The translations under genes were made by a program, and so were the position numbers. A stretch of DNA of 64,000 bases from Octopus vulgaris (Eukaryota), in NCBI GenBank assembly GCA_951406725.2, contig OX597817.1:98704001-98768000 (forward strand). The letters are read 5' to 3'. The notes beneath the pieces were generated by a model. It worked only from the letters and a program-made list of their open reading frames with translations. It had not been told where the DNA came from and made no database searches. This document shows, piece after piece, positions 10,021-22,839 of the stretch (its first letter is position 1; every line of letters begins with the position of its first letter).

Positions 10021-13000
10021 ATTTAATTTGTTATAATTGTTAAAAAAATTATTTTTCCATATACATATAAATATAAAAATGTAAAATATAAAAACTTGTG
10101 CATAAACTCATAATGCTACACATATATAATACTCATTGATACAATAATGCAAGGTAAACAAAACAAAAAAACAAAATATATATCAGTGTATATATTAATA
10201 TTAATAAGCACAGTTATTTTACATATTTAGCTAATAGTTCTAAAAACTAACACATAGGGAGATGTATGCGCACTACTATATAAATTAAAATCATCCATAT
10301 ACCTGAAAATAATAATTAAAAAAACCATAGTTCAGTTCATAAAATTATAAACCTATAAAAGTCAATATAAATTACTATTAATATTAATAAAAATAATAAT
10401 AGATACAGTTAAGTTAGCACCAAGTACATCCATTCAAAATCGAAATAACTATGAGTTTAGTTTTTCTGTCCGCTTGATATTGATTATTCTAGATTACTTC
10501 GAATGGCTTGTAGTTTGAAATTTGAATCACAAAAGAAATTTTACGGTTGGTTAGTCAAGAAACGCAAATACGCACACGCACATCCACAGATCAATCGCAC
10601 ATACATACATAATTATATGTATACACACACACATACGCATCCACAAGCAACCTCTAGCATAAAGATAAATAAATAGGGGAGCAACTATACTGTCATCTAG
10701 TCTATCAAAAATATAACTATGCCTCAAATAACAAAAAGATCCATTCATATATTTCCATAAAATATTTATTTCAATGATATATATATTTATATATCAATAT
10801 AACGATGTCGGATGTTATTTCACTATGTACCTTGCGTATTTAACACCGGTTTTTATCATAGTCAACATAGCGGTTACTAGATTTACCGTAAATTTGTTGT
10901 GATTCCATGTATGCTAAGTTATAAAGTATAGATTAATTTTTATATTATAAATATATATCTCTTTTTTACTTATTAAATTCAATGCCATTATAAACAAGAT
11001 TAGGCATTAAATAATAACAACAGGGGGACTCACTAATGCAATCGTATATAAGAAAATCACAGAAGTTAAAAGATTGTAAATACTTAAGTTAAAATGTGAT
11101 AAAATAAATAAGAAGAATTAATTACGATTACACACATAATATAAGTACAAACCAGTATATATGTATTCATATATTATTAAGAAATAAATGATTGATATGT
11201 ATGTATAAATCTACACTTATATAAGTAAATAAATAAATAAATAAATAATTAGATGACTAAGTGCAAAGATAGATACCATAGAGAACCAATTCAGATAAAT
11301 GCATAGGTACAGGTACACCTAATATATAGTAATGCTAATATGCATATATCCACATATACATAAAAGAGTATAAATGTAAATCAATAACATAAAATAAAGT
11401 TAAGATATATATTGAAGAAAGTACCAATATAAACTTAGTATACAAGCTAATACTATGAAAGTTTATACCTGTAAATAGTGAGTAAAAAATTGGATAGATG
11501 GATAATTTAATGTACAGATCCAGAAGACCATAAATATAGACTAAATATATAAGGCTGGTAATATTTGATTCTGTATGTGATTCTCGAAGTTTTCTAATAT
11601 TGCATAGTGTATATGAATATCATGGTTAGTTATCTAGCTCTAGATAATGTAATACTATTGTGCAATATATGAGAGCCTTTTTGGGAGTTTGTTTTGTTTA
11701 GGTTGAGAATCCAGGTTTTTTGTATGTGTTTATTTGGCAGGTTTATATTGTATATTTGGTCTTTCTTTGTACTCACCTTAATTTGTATCTTATGCTATTT
11801 ACTAATAAACCTTTTCATTTACAAACATTAGACTTTATAAATATTACCAGCCTTATATATTTAGTCTATATTTATGGTCTTCTGGATCTGTACATTAAAT
11901 TATCCATCTATCCAATTTTTTACTCACTATTTACAGGTATAAACTTTCATAGTATTAGCTTGTATACTAAGTTTATATTGGTACTTTCTTCAATATATAT
12001 CTTAACTTTATTTTATGTTATTGATTTACATTTATACTCTTTTATGTATATGTGGATATATGCATATTAGCATTACTATATATTAGGTGTACCTGTACCT
12101 ATGCATTTATCTGAATTGGTTCTCTATGGTATCTATCTTTGCACTTAGTCATCTAATTATTTATTTATTTATTTACTTATATAAGTGTAGATTTATACAT
12201 ACATATCAATCATTTATTTCTTAATAATATATGAATACATATATACTGGTTTGTACTTATATTATGTGTGTAATCGTAATTAATTCTTCTTATTTATTTT
12301 ATCACATTTTAACTTAAGTATTTACAATCTTTTAACTTCTGTGATTTTCTTATATACGATTGCATTAGTGAGTCCCCCTGTTGTTATTATTTAATGCCTA
12401 ATCTTGTTTATAATGGCATTGAATTTAATAAGTAAAAAAGAGATATATATTTATAATATAAAAATTAATCTATACTTTATAACTTAGCATACATGGAATC
12501 ACAACAAATTTACGGTAAATCTAGTAACCGCTATGTTGACTATGATAAAAACCGGTGTTAAATACGCAAGGTACATAGTGAAATAACATCCGACATCGTT
12601 ATATTGATATATAAATATATATATCATTGAAATAAATATTTTATGGAAATATATGAATGGATCTTTTTTGTTATTTAAGGCATAGTTATATTTTTGATAG
12701 ACTAGATGACAGTATAGTTGCTCCCCTATTTATTTATCTTTATGCTAGAGGTTGCTTGTGGATGCGTATGTGTGTGTGTATACATATAATTATGTATGTA
12801 TGTGCGATTGATCTGTGGATGTGCGTGTGCGTATTTGCGTTTCTTGACTAACCAACCGTAAAATTTCTTTTGTGATTCAAATTTCAAACTACAAGCCATT
12901 CGAAGTAATCTAGAATAATCAATATCAAGCGGACAGAAAAACTAAACTCATAGTTATTTCGATTTTGAATGGATGTACTTGGTGCTAACTTAACTGTATC

Positions 13001-13375
13001 TATTATTATTTTTATTAATATTAATAGTAATTTATATTGACTTTTATAGGTTTATAATTTTATGAACTGAACTATGGTTTTTTTATTATTATTTTCAGGT
13101 ATAGGGATGATTTTAATTTAAATAGTAGTGCGCATACATCTCCCTATGTGTTAGTTTTTAGAACTATTAGCTAAATATGTAAAATAACTGTGCTTATTAA
13201 TATTAATATATACACTGATATATATTTTGTTTTTTTGTTTTGTTTACCTTGCATTATTGTATCAATGAGTATTATATATGTGTAGCATTATGGAGTTTAT
13301 GCACAAGTTTTTATATTTTTATATTTATATGTATATGGAAAAATAATTTTTTTTAACAATTATAACAAATTAAAT

Positions 13376-13485
13376 TCTCTGAAGAGGCCGTGGGGCATCC
13401 TTGTTAATGCCTCATTTATACCTGCCTTTATGGCTTATAGTTTAAATGAGGTATGACTGCCCTTACTGCCGAAACAGCTGTCAGA
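13376..13485 (+). ncRNA. Type I hammerhead ribozyme (right arm)
   Basis: TCT-CTGAAGA-GGC...GCC-GAAA-CAGCTG-TC-AGA. Confidence 0.75.
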
Positions 13486-13677
13486 TATGATATAATTACA
13501 TATTATATTTTATATTTCTATTTCCTTGTCTATTTATATTTACTTTATATTTTGTATAATGCCTTTACTGATATGTAATGGTGTAATAAAGTATTGATTG
13601 GGTATCATCTGATAGTTGATGTTTTATTGATTTAAGTATGTTTCCCCATTTTCTAATTTTGTAGTATATATATATAT

Positions 13678-13997
13678 ACTCTTTTACTCGTTTCAGTTAT
13701 TTGACTGCGGCCATGCTGGAGCACTGCCTTTAGTCGAGCAAATCGACCCAGGGACTTATTCTTTGTAAGCCCAGTACTTATTCTATCGGTCTCTTTTGCC
13801 GAACCGCTAAGTAACGGGGACGCAAACACACCAGGATCGGTTGTCAAGCAATGCTAGAGGGACAAACACAGACACACAAACATGCACACACACACATACA
13901 TATATATAAACATATATACGACAGGCTTCTTTCAGTTTCCGTCTACCAAATCCACTCACAAGGCTTTGGTCGGCCCGAGGCTATAGCAGAAGACACA
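13678..13997 (-). mobile_element. SINE with internal (TG/TA) tract, 5' part missing
   Basis: Matches the copy at 42925-43332 (GTTTCAG..ATTTGACTGCGGCCATGCTGGAGCAC...GTCTACCAAATCCACTCACAAGG). Confidence 0.85.
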
Positions 13998-15003
13998 CCA
14001 CAAATAAACGTAGAACACGAGAAACGGAAACATAAAATCAAACAAGGAAACGGACTTTTTTTAACAACAAAAAAACAGAGTACAGGACAAACAATACAAG
14101 GAAAATTCCCCTTCATCACCTGCCCCTGGTTCGACTCAATGCATGTTTCGAAGGTAAGGGCAGAACACGGCCAGGCCGAAGCAGTCCTTCCTGCAAAAGG
14201 AATTAAATAAAATTCTTTTGCAGAGGGGTATAACAAGTGACAAGAACAGGACGTAAAAGCAATACAAATGAAGAAAAAACAGTACAAATAAAGAATAACA
14301 GGACAAGGAAATCAACAATAAGGGCTTTTTTTAAGCCTAAACGGTGGAAAAATTAGTTAGAACGCATGTGAAAAATCGGCTTGCGAAAGACAGAGAAGTC
14401 GATATATGCTTGTTGAAAGCACAGGCTGAAAGAAAGTTTTAGTAGCACTCTGGTCAACGGCCAGAGAGAGGAGGAGGAGGAGAGAGAGAGAGAGGGGGGA
14501 AAGAAACCAGAAAGGGTGAAAAATAAGAAGGAGAGAGACAAGTAGAGAGGAAGACAGACAGGCAGGGAGGAAAAGTCAAGTAAAGAGTAAGAGTGCGCAT
14601 CATGATTATTCAAATAAAAACTTACTTGGAGAAGAGAAACAACGCGTGCGTTCAGTCATATAATAACAATATAATAAATAATTAAAACATATGCATATAT
14701 ACATACATATATATACATAGCTGATGAAGGGGAATTTTCCTTGTATTGTTTGTTATGTACTGTTTTCTCGTTGTTAAAAATGTCCGTTTCCTTATTTGAT
14801 TTTGTTTTCGTTTCTCGTTATGTTCTACGTTTATTTGTGGTGTCCTGTACTCATATATATATATATGCATATATGCATGTATATATACATATAGATGTGA
14901 GTATGTACATATATGTATGTATATATGCATATGTTTTAATTATTTATTTTATTGTTATTATATGACCGAACGCACCCGTTGTTTCTCTTCTCCAAGTAAG
15001 TTT
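13996..15003. repeat. Unclassified repeat with two staggered inverted segments
   Basis: 13996-14118 is inverted at 14722-14842; 14618-14715 is inverted at about 14905-15003; a related piece lies at 9445-9540. Confidence 0.7.
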
Positions 15004-15059
15004 ATATATATATACACACATCTATATGTATATATATATATATATATTTCTTTTTCTTT

Positions 15060-15903
15060 TTTTGTTTTAGCTCAGAGTTGCGGCCATGCTGATGCACCGC
15101 CGTTTTGTGCTACACTGTTATTACGAAGAACCTCCTCTAATATGTGGCACTTGGTGAAGAATAGAGTTTGATATAGCTACTCTCATTTGCACCTCTTGCC
15201 GTGAGGTAGGTTCATCTGGGACTCTCGACAGGAAGATGTCCAGCTTTGATTTAAAAACCGCTACATCTACTTTGTGCCAGTTCCTCAGACTCTTTGGCAG
15301 AATATTAAAAAGCTGTGGGCCCTTGAAACCCAGGCTGTTGCGGAAGCTGGTCCTGAAGCGTGATGGCATTGCTGGGATCTTTGGCACTATGCAGTATCGT
15401 CCCGTTCTAGCATTGGTGTAGCTTACAATGCCAAAATTTGGCACAATACCTTCCAGGATCTTCCAGACATATATTACTGCATATTCTCCCGTCTTCTCTC
15501 CAGAGAGTAGAGTCTTAGCTGTTTCAACCTTTCCCAATAGCTGAGCTGTTGCAAAGAGACGATCTTTGTGAATCTTCTCTGGATTGCTTCAAGGTCTGCT
15601 GTTAATTTCACACTGGTGGGTGACCATAGCTGTGAACAGTAATCCAGGCGGCTGAGGACGAATGTCCGCCAGAGAACCATCATGGTTTCCTTATCTATGG
15701 TTCTGAATGTTCTTAGGATCCATCCAGCCAGTCGTCTGCACTTTGTCGTCATTCTGGTAATATGCACATGGAAAGAGGTATCCTCACTCATGTCGATACC
15801 CAGGTCCCTCACCGACTTGAAATTCCCTGTGGACCGGTGTATCCTGTAAGTTTAATATTCAGTTTTGGATGCTGGTAGCGCAGGGCCTGGAATTTTTCAG
15901 CAT
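15060..15903 (-). mobile_element. 5'-truncated CR1/L2-group LINE
   Basis: RDLGIDMS, LDYCSQLWSP, YSLERRRE, SLGFKGPQLFNILP, VPDEPT; family 3' tail at 15067-15102. Confidence 0.9.
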
Positions 15904-16051
15904 TATATATATATATATATCATATACATATAATACACACACATATATATATATACACATATATATATATATATACACATATAATATATATATACATATA
16001 CATATATACACACACACACATATATATATAAACATATTTATATATAAATAT

Positions 16052-17470
16052 ATCATCATCATCATCGTTTAACGTCCGTTCTCCATGCTAGCATGGGTCG
16101 GACGATTTTGACTGAGGGCTGGCGAACCAGATGGCTGCACCAGGCTCCAATCTTAATTTAGCAGAGTTTCTACGGGTGGATACCCTTCCTAACGCCAACC
16201 ACTCCGAGAATGTAATGGTCAGGCGATACTGGCAACGACCTCGCTTGAATCCTTTTACACATGCCACCAGCACAGGTGCCAGCAAGGCGACGTTGGTAAC
16301 GATCACACTCGAATGGTGGCACGGAAGCCAGTTGGCTGCTATGGCAACGATCACGTTCGGATGGTGCTCTTGGCACCCTACTAGCACGGGCACAAGTGCC
16401 AGTAAGGCGACGCTGGTAACGATCATGCTCGAATGGTGCCCTTTAAGTGCTACTGGCATGGAAGCCGGTTAGCCGCTCTGTCAATGATCACGCTCGTATG
16501 GTGCTCTTTGCATCCTGCTAGCACGGACGTCAGTCATCGAATTTGATTTTGATTTTCACTTGCCTCAACAGGTCTTCGCAAACAGAGTTCTATGGTTCTG
16601 AATGTTCTTAGGATCCACCCAGCCAGTCGTCTGCACTTTGTCGTCATTCTGGTAATATGCACTTGGAAAGAGGTATCCTCACTCATGTCGATACCCAGGT
16701 CCCTCACCGACTTGAAATTCCCTGTGGACCGGTGTATCCTGTAAGTTTAATATTCAGTTTAATATTCCAAAGAAGGAAAAGGTACGCATAAGTGGGCTGG
16801 TTACGCCCCTGGGATTATGGTTTCATTTGGCTTGCCGGGTCTTCTCACGCATGGCATATTTCCAAAGGTAACCAAGTCAGTAGCGGAGGTGGGTGCGCTG
16901 AAAGTGCAGCTGCTAGAATTTCCTTGATGGGGCCTAAAGTTCGAAGGTCGTGCTTCACCACTTCATCCTAGGTCTACCTCTTCCACAGGTAGGGTGTTGC
17001 ACTTTTTCACACAGCTATCCTCATCCATTCTTGTCACATGACCATACAAGCGCAGTCGTCTCTCTTGCACACCACATCTGATGCTTCTTAGTTCCAACAT
17101 GTCTCTCAAGGTACCTACACTCTGTTGAGTATGCACACTGACATTTCACATCCATCGGATCATACTGGCTTCATTCCTCGTGAGCTTATGCATGTCCTCA
17201 GCAGTCACAGCTGTTCGTACACAAGCGTCATACAGTCTACCTTTTATTCTGAGCGAGAGGCCCTTTGTCGCCAGCAGAGGTAAGAGCTCTCTGAACTTTG
17301 CCAAAGGTATTCTTATTCTAGCAGCTGCACTTTCAGCGCACCCACCTCCGCTACTGACTTGGTCACCTAGGTAACGGAAGCTATCAACTACTAGTTTTTC
17401 TCCCTGGAATGTGGCGGAAGTTGGTCTCTGCGCATTTTCAGTGTTTATTGCTCTCGAGCATCTGCCACAT
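16052..17470 (-). mobile_element. Rearranged 3' fragments of the RTE LINE family, with a duplicated CR1-type piece at 16589-16760
   Basis: (CAT)n-CGTTTAACGTCC tail; reverse-complement similarity to 20580-21780. Confidence 0.8.
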
Positions 17471-17506
17471 ATTTATATATAAATAAATACATATATAATA
17501 TATATA

Positions 17507-20500
17507 GTCGAGGTATTCAGAGTATGTGACAGAATACTTAAGATTAGACTAGTGCTTTATCATAGGTCAGCAACCATTATCTCGGCATATGCCCTTCAGG
17601 ACAGAAAGACCGATTCTATGACACCCTAGAATCGTTGACAAATGACAGTGACCTTCTCTTTGTGGCAGGTGACTTCAATGGACATGTTGGACGGCATGTC
17701 GGGGGTTTCCATGGCATACACGGGGACTACGGTTTTGGTTCTCGCAATGAGGAGGGAACCAGGCTGCTGGAGTTCTGCGATGCAAATGACCTTATGATTT
17801 ACAATACCAACTTCAGGAAACCCACCTCTCACCTAGTCACCTACCGTTCTGGCAGACACACTAGCCAGATCGACTACATCCTCGCCAGAAAGAGGGCTGC
17901 TTATAAATGCCAAAACCTTTCCAGGCGAGGAATGTACTCAACATAGATTAGTAGTCAGCGACTTCAGGATCAGGGCCAAATGGCTGCCCAGAAGAAGACC
18001 AGCTCGGAGAAGAGTCTGGAAACTTAAAGATCCTGTAAATGGACGGAGATTTAGAGAAGTTCTACTCGAAGCTTTCGACGAAATAGAAGGGGATATAGCA
18101 TCACATAATGTGGAAGCCAACTGGAGGTTTCTACGGGACAATCTGCTGAGAGCCACTGACCAGATCTGTGGATGGAGCAAAGTCCCATCTCGTCCCAGGG
18201 TAACGTGGTGGTGGAACAATGTTGTAGACAGGGCTATTAGAGACAAGAGACAGGCTTGGAAGGACTGGAGGAAAGGCGGTAGTAGGGAATTGTATCAGAC
18301 TGCGAAAAGAGAAGCCAGGAGACAGGTATATTTAGCTAGAGGGGAAGCAGATAAGAAAAAATTTGACAATGTTCTGCGCCGTGAGGACCAAAGACTTGAG
18401 GTGTTTCGTGTTGCAAGACAGTGTGTGAGAGAGAATCGTGATGTGGTAGGAGAGAAATGTGTTCGCATGGATGATGGTTCACTTGCGCTAAATGAGGATG
18501 CAAAGAGAGAGGTTTGGAGATGCCACTATGAAAGGTTGCTCAACAAAGAGAATGAATGGGATAAAGAGAGTCTGCCGAATGTCGACCCAATAGAGGGACC
18601 AGCTATCCGAGTTGACAGTTCCATGGTAGTTAAGGCAATTGGAAGCATGAAGACAGGGAAAGCTCCAGGCCCATCAGGAATTACTGCAGAGATGCTCAAA
18701 ATATCTGGCAGTGTCGGCTATAGCCTAGTCACCCGTATAGTTAACCAGGTAATACACGAAGGAGTCATACCCAATGACTGGTGTAGTAGCATAATAGCCA
18801 ACTGCTACAAAGGTAAAGGTGACGCCCTAGATACAAGTAATTACAGAGGTAACAAGCTGTTGGATCAGGTAATGAAGGTTACGGAAAGGGTCATGGCCCA
18901 ACTGATTAGAGAGAGAGTCAACCTAGACGAGATGCAGTTTGGTTTCGTGCCAGGGAAAAGCACCACTGATGCCATATTTCTGATGAGACAGCTGCAGGAG
19001 AAATACCTAGCCAAAGATAAAACTCTGTACCTGGCTTTCGCTGACTTGGAGAAAGCCTTTGACTGGGTCCCCCGTTCCCTTATCTGGTGGTCAATGAGAA
19101 AACTAGGGATAGATGAATGGTTAGTGAGAGCTGTGCGTGCCATGTACAGGAACGCTGTTAGTAAGGTGAGGGTTGGCAACGAGTACAGTGAAGAATTCTG
19201 GGTGGAGGTTGGGGTCCACCAAGGCACAGCCCCCTCCTATTTATCATAATCCTCCAGGCAATAACGGAGGAATTCAAGCCCCTGGGAGCTCCTCTATGCT
19301 GATGACCTTGCTCTAATTGCTGAATCACAATCAGAACTCGAGGAGAAGTTTCAGGCGTGGAAGCAAGGATTAGAATCGAAGGGCCTTAGAGTCAATCTAG
19401 CTAAAACCAAAGTCCTAATAAGTAGGAAGGTAGACAAATCTCAAACGCCTTCAGGTAGATGGCCCTGCTCGATCTGTAGAAAAGGCGTGGGTAGGAACTC
19501 TATAAGATGCACCAAGTGTAAGCTATGGACACATAAGAGGTGCAGCAATGTCAAAGAAAGGCTAACTAGGAATATAGTTTTTGTATGTGGCAGATGCTCT
19601 GGTGCAATAAACACTGAAAATGCGCAGAGACCATCTTCCGCCACATTCCAGGGAGAAAAACTTGAAATAGTTGATAGTTTCCGTTACCTAGGTGACCAAG
19701 TGGGTGTGCCGAAAGTGTAACTGCTAGAGTAAGAATAGCCTGGGCAAAGTTCAGAGAGCTCTTACCTCTGCTGGTGACAAAAGGCCTCTCGCTCAGAGTA
19801 AAAGGCAGACTGTATGACGCATGTGTGCGAATAGCCATGCTACATGGCAGTGAAACTTGGGCCGTGACTGCTGAGAATATGCGTAAGCTCACAAGAATGA
19901 AGCCAGTATGCTCCGTTGGATGTGTAATGTCAGTGTTCATACCCGACAGAGTGTAAGTGCCTTGAGAGAAAAGTTGGACCTAAGAAGCATCAGATGTGGT
20001 GTGCAAGGGAGGCGCCTATGCTGGTATGGACACGTAGTAAGAATGGATGAAGATAGTTGTGTGAAAAAGTGCCACACCCTAGCGGTTGAGGGAACCTGTG
20101 GAAGAGGTAGACCCAGGAAAACCTGGGATGAGGTGGTGAAGAACGACTTTCGCTCTTTAGGTCTCACCGAGACCTTTGGAAGTATGCTGTGCGCGAGAAG
20201 ACCTGGCAGGACAAGTGAGGCCATAACCCATGGCCCATACCTGGGACGTAGACAGTCCACCTGTGCATACCTTCCTCCTTGGGACACATAACTCTACTTG
20301 TGAAGACCTGTTGAGGCAAGTGAAAATCAAATATCAAAAATCAAAGAATCAAATCAAAATCGATGAACATCAATGGAATTTGTAGTTTTGTGATACCAGT
20401 GCCGGTGGCACATAAGAAAACCATCCGAACATGGCCGTAGCCAGTACCGCATCGACTGGCCTCCGTGTAGAAAAGGCGTGGGTAGGAACTCTATAAGATG

Positions 20501-21787
20501 CACCAAGTGTAAGCTATGGACACATAAGAGGTGCAGCAATGTCAAAGGAAGGCTAACTGGGAAGATAGTTTTTGAATGTGGCAGATGTTCAGGAGCAATA
20601 AACATTGAAAATGCTCAGAGACCAACTTCCGCCACATTCCAGGGAGAAAAACTAGAAATTGTTGATAGCTTCCGTTACCTAGGTGACCAAGTCAGTAGCA
20701 AGGGCGGATGTGCTGAAAGTGTAACTGCTAGAGTAAGAATAGCCTGGGCAAAGTTCAGAGAGCTCTTACCTCTGCTGGTGACAAAAGGCCTCTCGCTCAG
20801 AATAAAAGGCAGACTGTATGACGCATGTGTGCGAACAACCATGCTACATGGCAGTGAAACTTGGGCCGTGACTGCTGAGGATATGCGTAAGCTCGCTAGA
20901 AATGAAGCCAGTATGCTCCGATGGATGTGTAATATCAGTGTTCATACCCGACAGAGTGTAAGTACCTTGAGAGAAAAGTTGGACCTAAGAAGCATCAGTT
21001 GTGGTGTGCAAGAGAGACGTTTGCGCTGGTATGGTCATGTAGCGAGAATGGATGAAGATAGTTGTGTGAAAAAGTGCCACACCCTAGCGGTTGAGGGAAC
21101 CTGAGGAAGAGGTAGACCCAGGAAAACCTGAGACGAGGTGATGAAGCACGACCTTCGAACTTTAGGTCTCACTGAGGAAATGACCAGAGACCGAGACCTT
21201 TGGAAGTATGCTGTGCGTGGGAAGACCCGGCAGGACAAGTGAGACCATAACCCATGGCCTCTACCTGGGATGTAGCCAGCCCACTTATGCATACCTTTCC
21301 TTCTTGTGACACAAACCCTACTTGTGAAGACCTGTTGAGGCAAGTGAAAATCAAAATCAAAATCGAAATCCATCAACATCAATGGAAATTGTAGCTGTGA
21401 TAACAGTGCCGGTGGCACATAAGTGGAACACACGAACGTGGCGGTTGCTAGCGCCGCCCCGACTAGTCCCCATGCCAGTGGCACGTAAAAAGCACCATCC
21501 GATTGTGGCCGTTGCCAGCCTTGTCTGGCCCCCGTGCTGGTGGCACATAAAAAGCACCATCCGATCGTGGCCGTTTGCCAGCCTTGTCTGGCACCTGTGC
21601 AGGTGGCATGTAAAAAGCACCCACTACACTCACGGAGTGGTTGGCATTAGGAAAGTCATCCATCTGTAGAAACACTGCCAGATCAGACTGGGCCTGGCGC
21701 AGCCTCCTGGCTTCCCAGAACCCAGTTGAACCGTCCAATCCATGCTAGCATGGAAAATGGACGTTAAACAATGATGATGATGATGAT
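17507..21787 (+). mobile_element. RTE-clade LINE, 5'-truncated and frameshifted, with tandem duplication of the 3' part (second unit 20466-21787)
   Basis: GDFNGHVG, SQIDYIL, GKAPGPSG, QFGFVPGKSTTDAIF, DLEKAFD, YADD (19295-19306), FRYLG, LHGSETW, RLRWYGHV, GRPRKTW; (GAT)n tail. Confidence 0.93.
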
Positions 21788-22021
21788 ACATACATATATA
21801 TATATATCATATATATACATATAGATACACACATATGTGTACATGAAATTTACAGAAAAACAAGACAAAGACAGGTGTATAAACAAGCAGGTGTATTAAG
21901 TTTGACGCTTGGAAAGGTGAGAAAGTCTCTTACGTTTTGAGCCTACGGTCTTCAGCAAAAAAGAACACGAAATAAACAGAGAGAATTAAAAAAAGTTACA
22001 TATGCACACACACATATATAT

Positions 22022-22820
22022 GTATTGGTTTGAGGAGTAATTTATGAGCTTTTTCTTTTAAATTTAAAAATACATGCAGAAATAAAATGCATTTTGCTGT
22101 GTATTTTCAGATCATTAAAATGGAATGTGAAATGGACAAAACTGAGCATTTTCAATACAATTTGTTTTGCATTTGAGGTGTTAAGCCCATGAAAGCTGCT
22201 CATGAAATTTGTATGAAGAATAAACAATGCCTGAAAGTACTGCCTGTAGTTGGTTTTTGCACTTTAAAACTGGGAATTTTGACCTCAAGGATGGATCACA
22301 CCAGTCAACCAACTGACTTAGATGAACCTTGCCCATTAAGTGAAGGTGGTTCACCACAATTTTTTTTTTATCACAATCCGTCTGCTCTGCCAATTCTCTG
22401 GTCGTTTGACATGGATTTTCGTGAACAAGTTGATTCAATCAACCTTTATTGAATGCAATTGGTTGTGATCCATCCTTGCAATTAAAATTCTCATTTTTGA
22501 AGTGCGGAAACCAACGGCAGGCTGTACTTTCAAGCATTGCTCCTTCTCCATACATAGCACAAATCTCACAAGCAGCCTCACCTCAATTAAATGCAAAAAG
22601 CAAATAGTGCTGAAAATGCTCAGTTTTGTCCACTTGACATTCCATTTTGATGATCTGAAAATACACAAAAATCAATAAAATTAAAAAATCAAAACACACT
22701 ATCTTGTAGAGCAAAAAATTCTCTTTCAAATAACATAAAACATTTTGCTAATGCATTTTACTTCTGCGTGCATTTTTAAGTTTGATAAAAACACTCATGA
22801 ATTATCCCTCAACCCTAAAT
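22022..22820. mobile_element. Mariner-derived palindromic non-autonomous element built from two 5' halves
   Basis: TIR-like ends TTGGTTTGAGGAGTAATTTATGAG / CTCATGAATTATCCCTCAACCCTAA; arms about 22095-22310 and 22459-22667 are inverted and resemble a mariner transposase N-terminus. Confidence 0.7.
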
Positions 22821-22839
22821 ATATATATATCATATTCAT

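Larger units (their letters stand above)
9722..13667. repeat. Long inverted repeat: arms about 9722-11566 and 11839-13667, spacer about 272 bp; probable inverted pLTRs of a Penelope-like element
   Basis: Arms read as near-exact reverse complements (mirror ORFs 10551-10748 and 12657-12851), with scattered substitutions and short indels; each arm carries a hammerhead motif. Confidence 0.95.

Noticed and set aside
21400-21620. CRISPR-like spacing of short repeats in RTE 3' UTRs
   Set aside because: The intervening sequences are themselves similar, the context is a eukaryotic LINE, and no cas genes are present.
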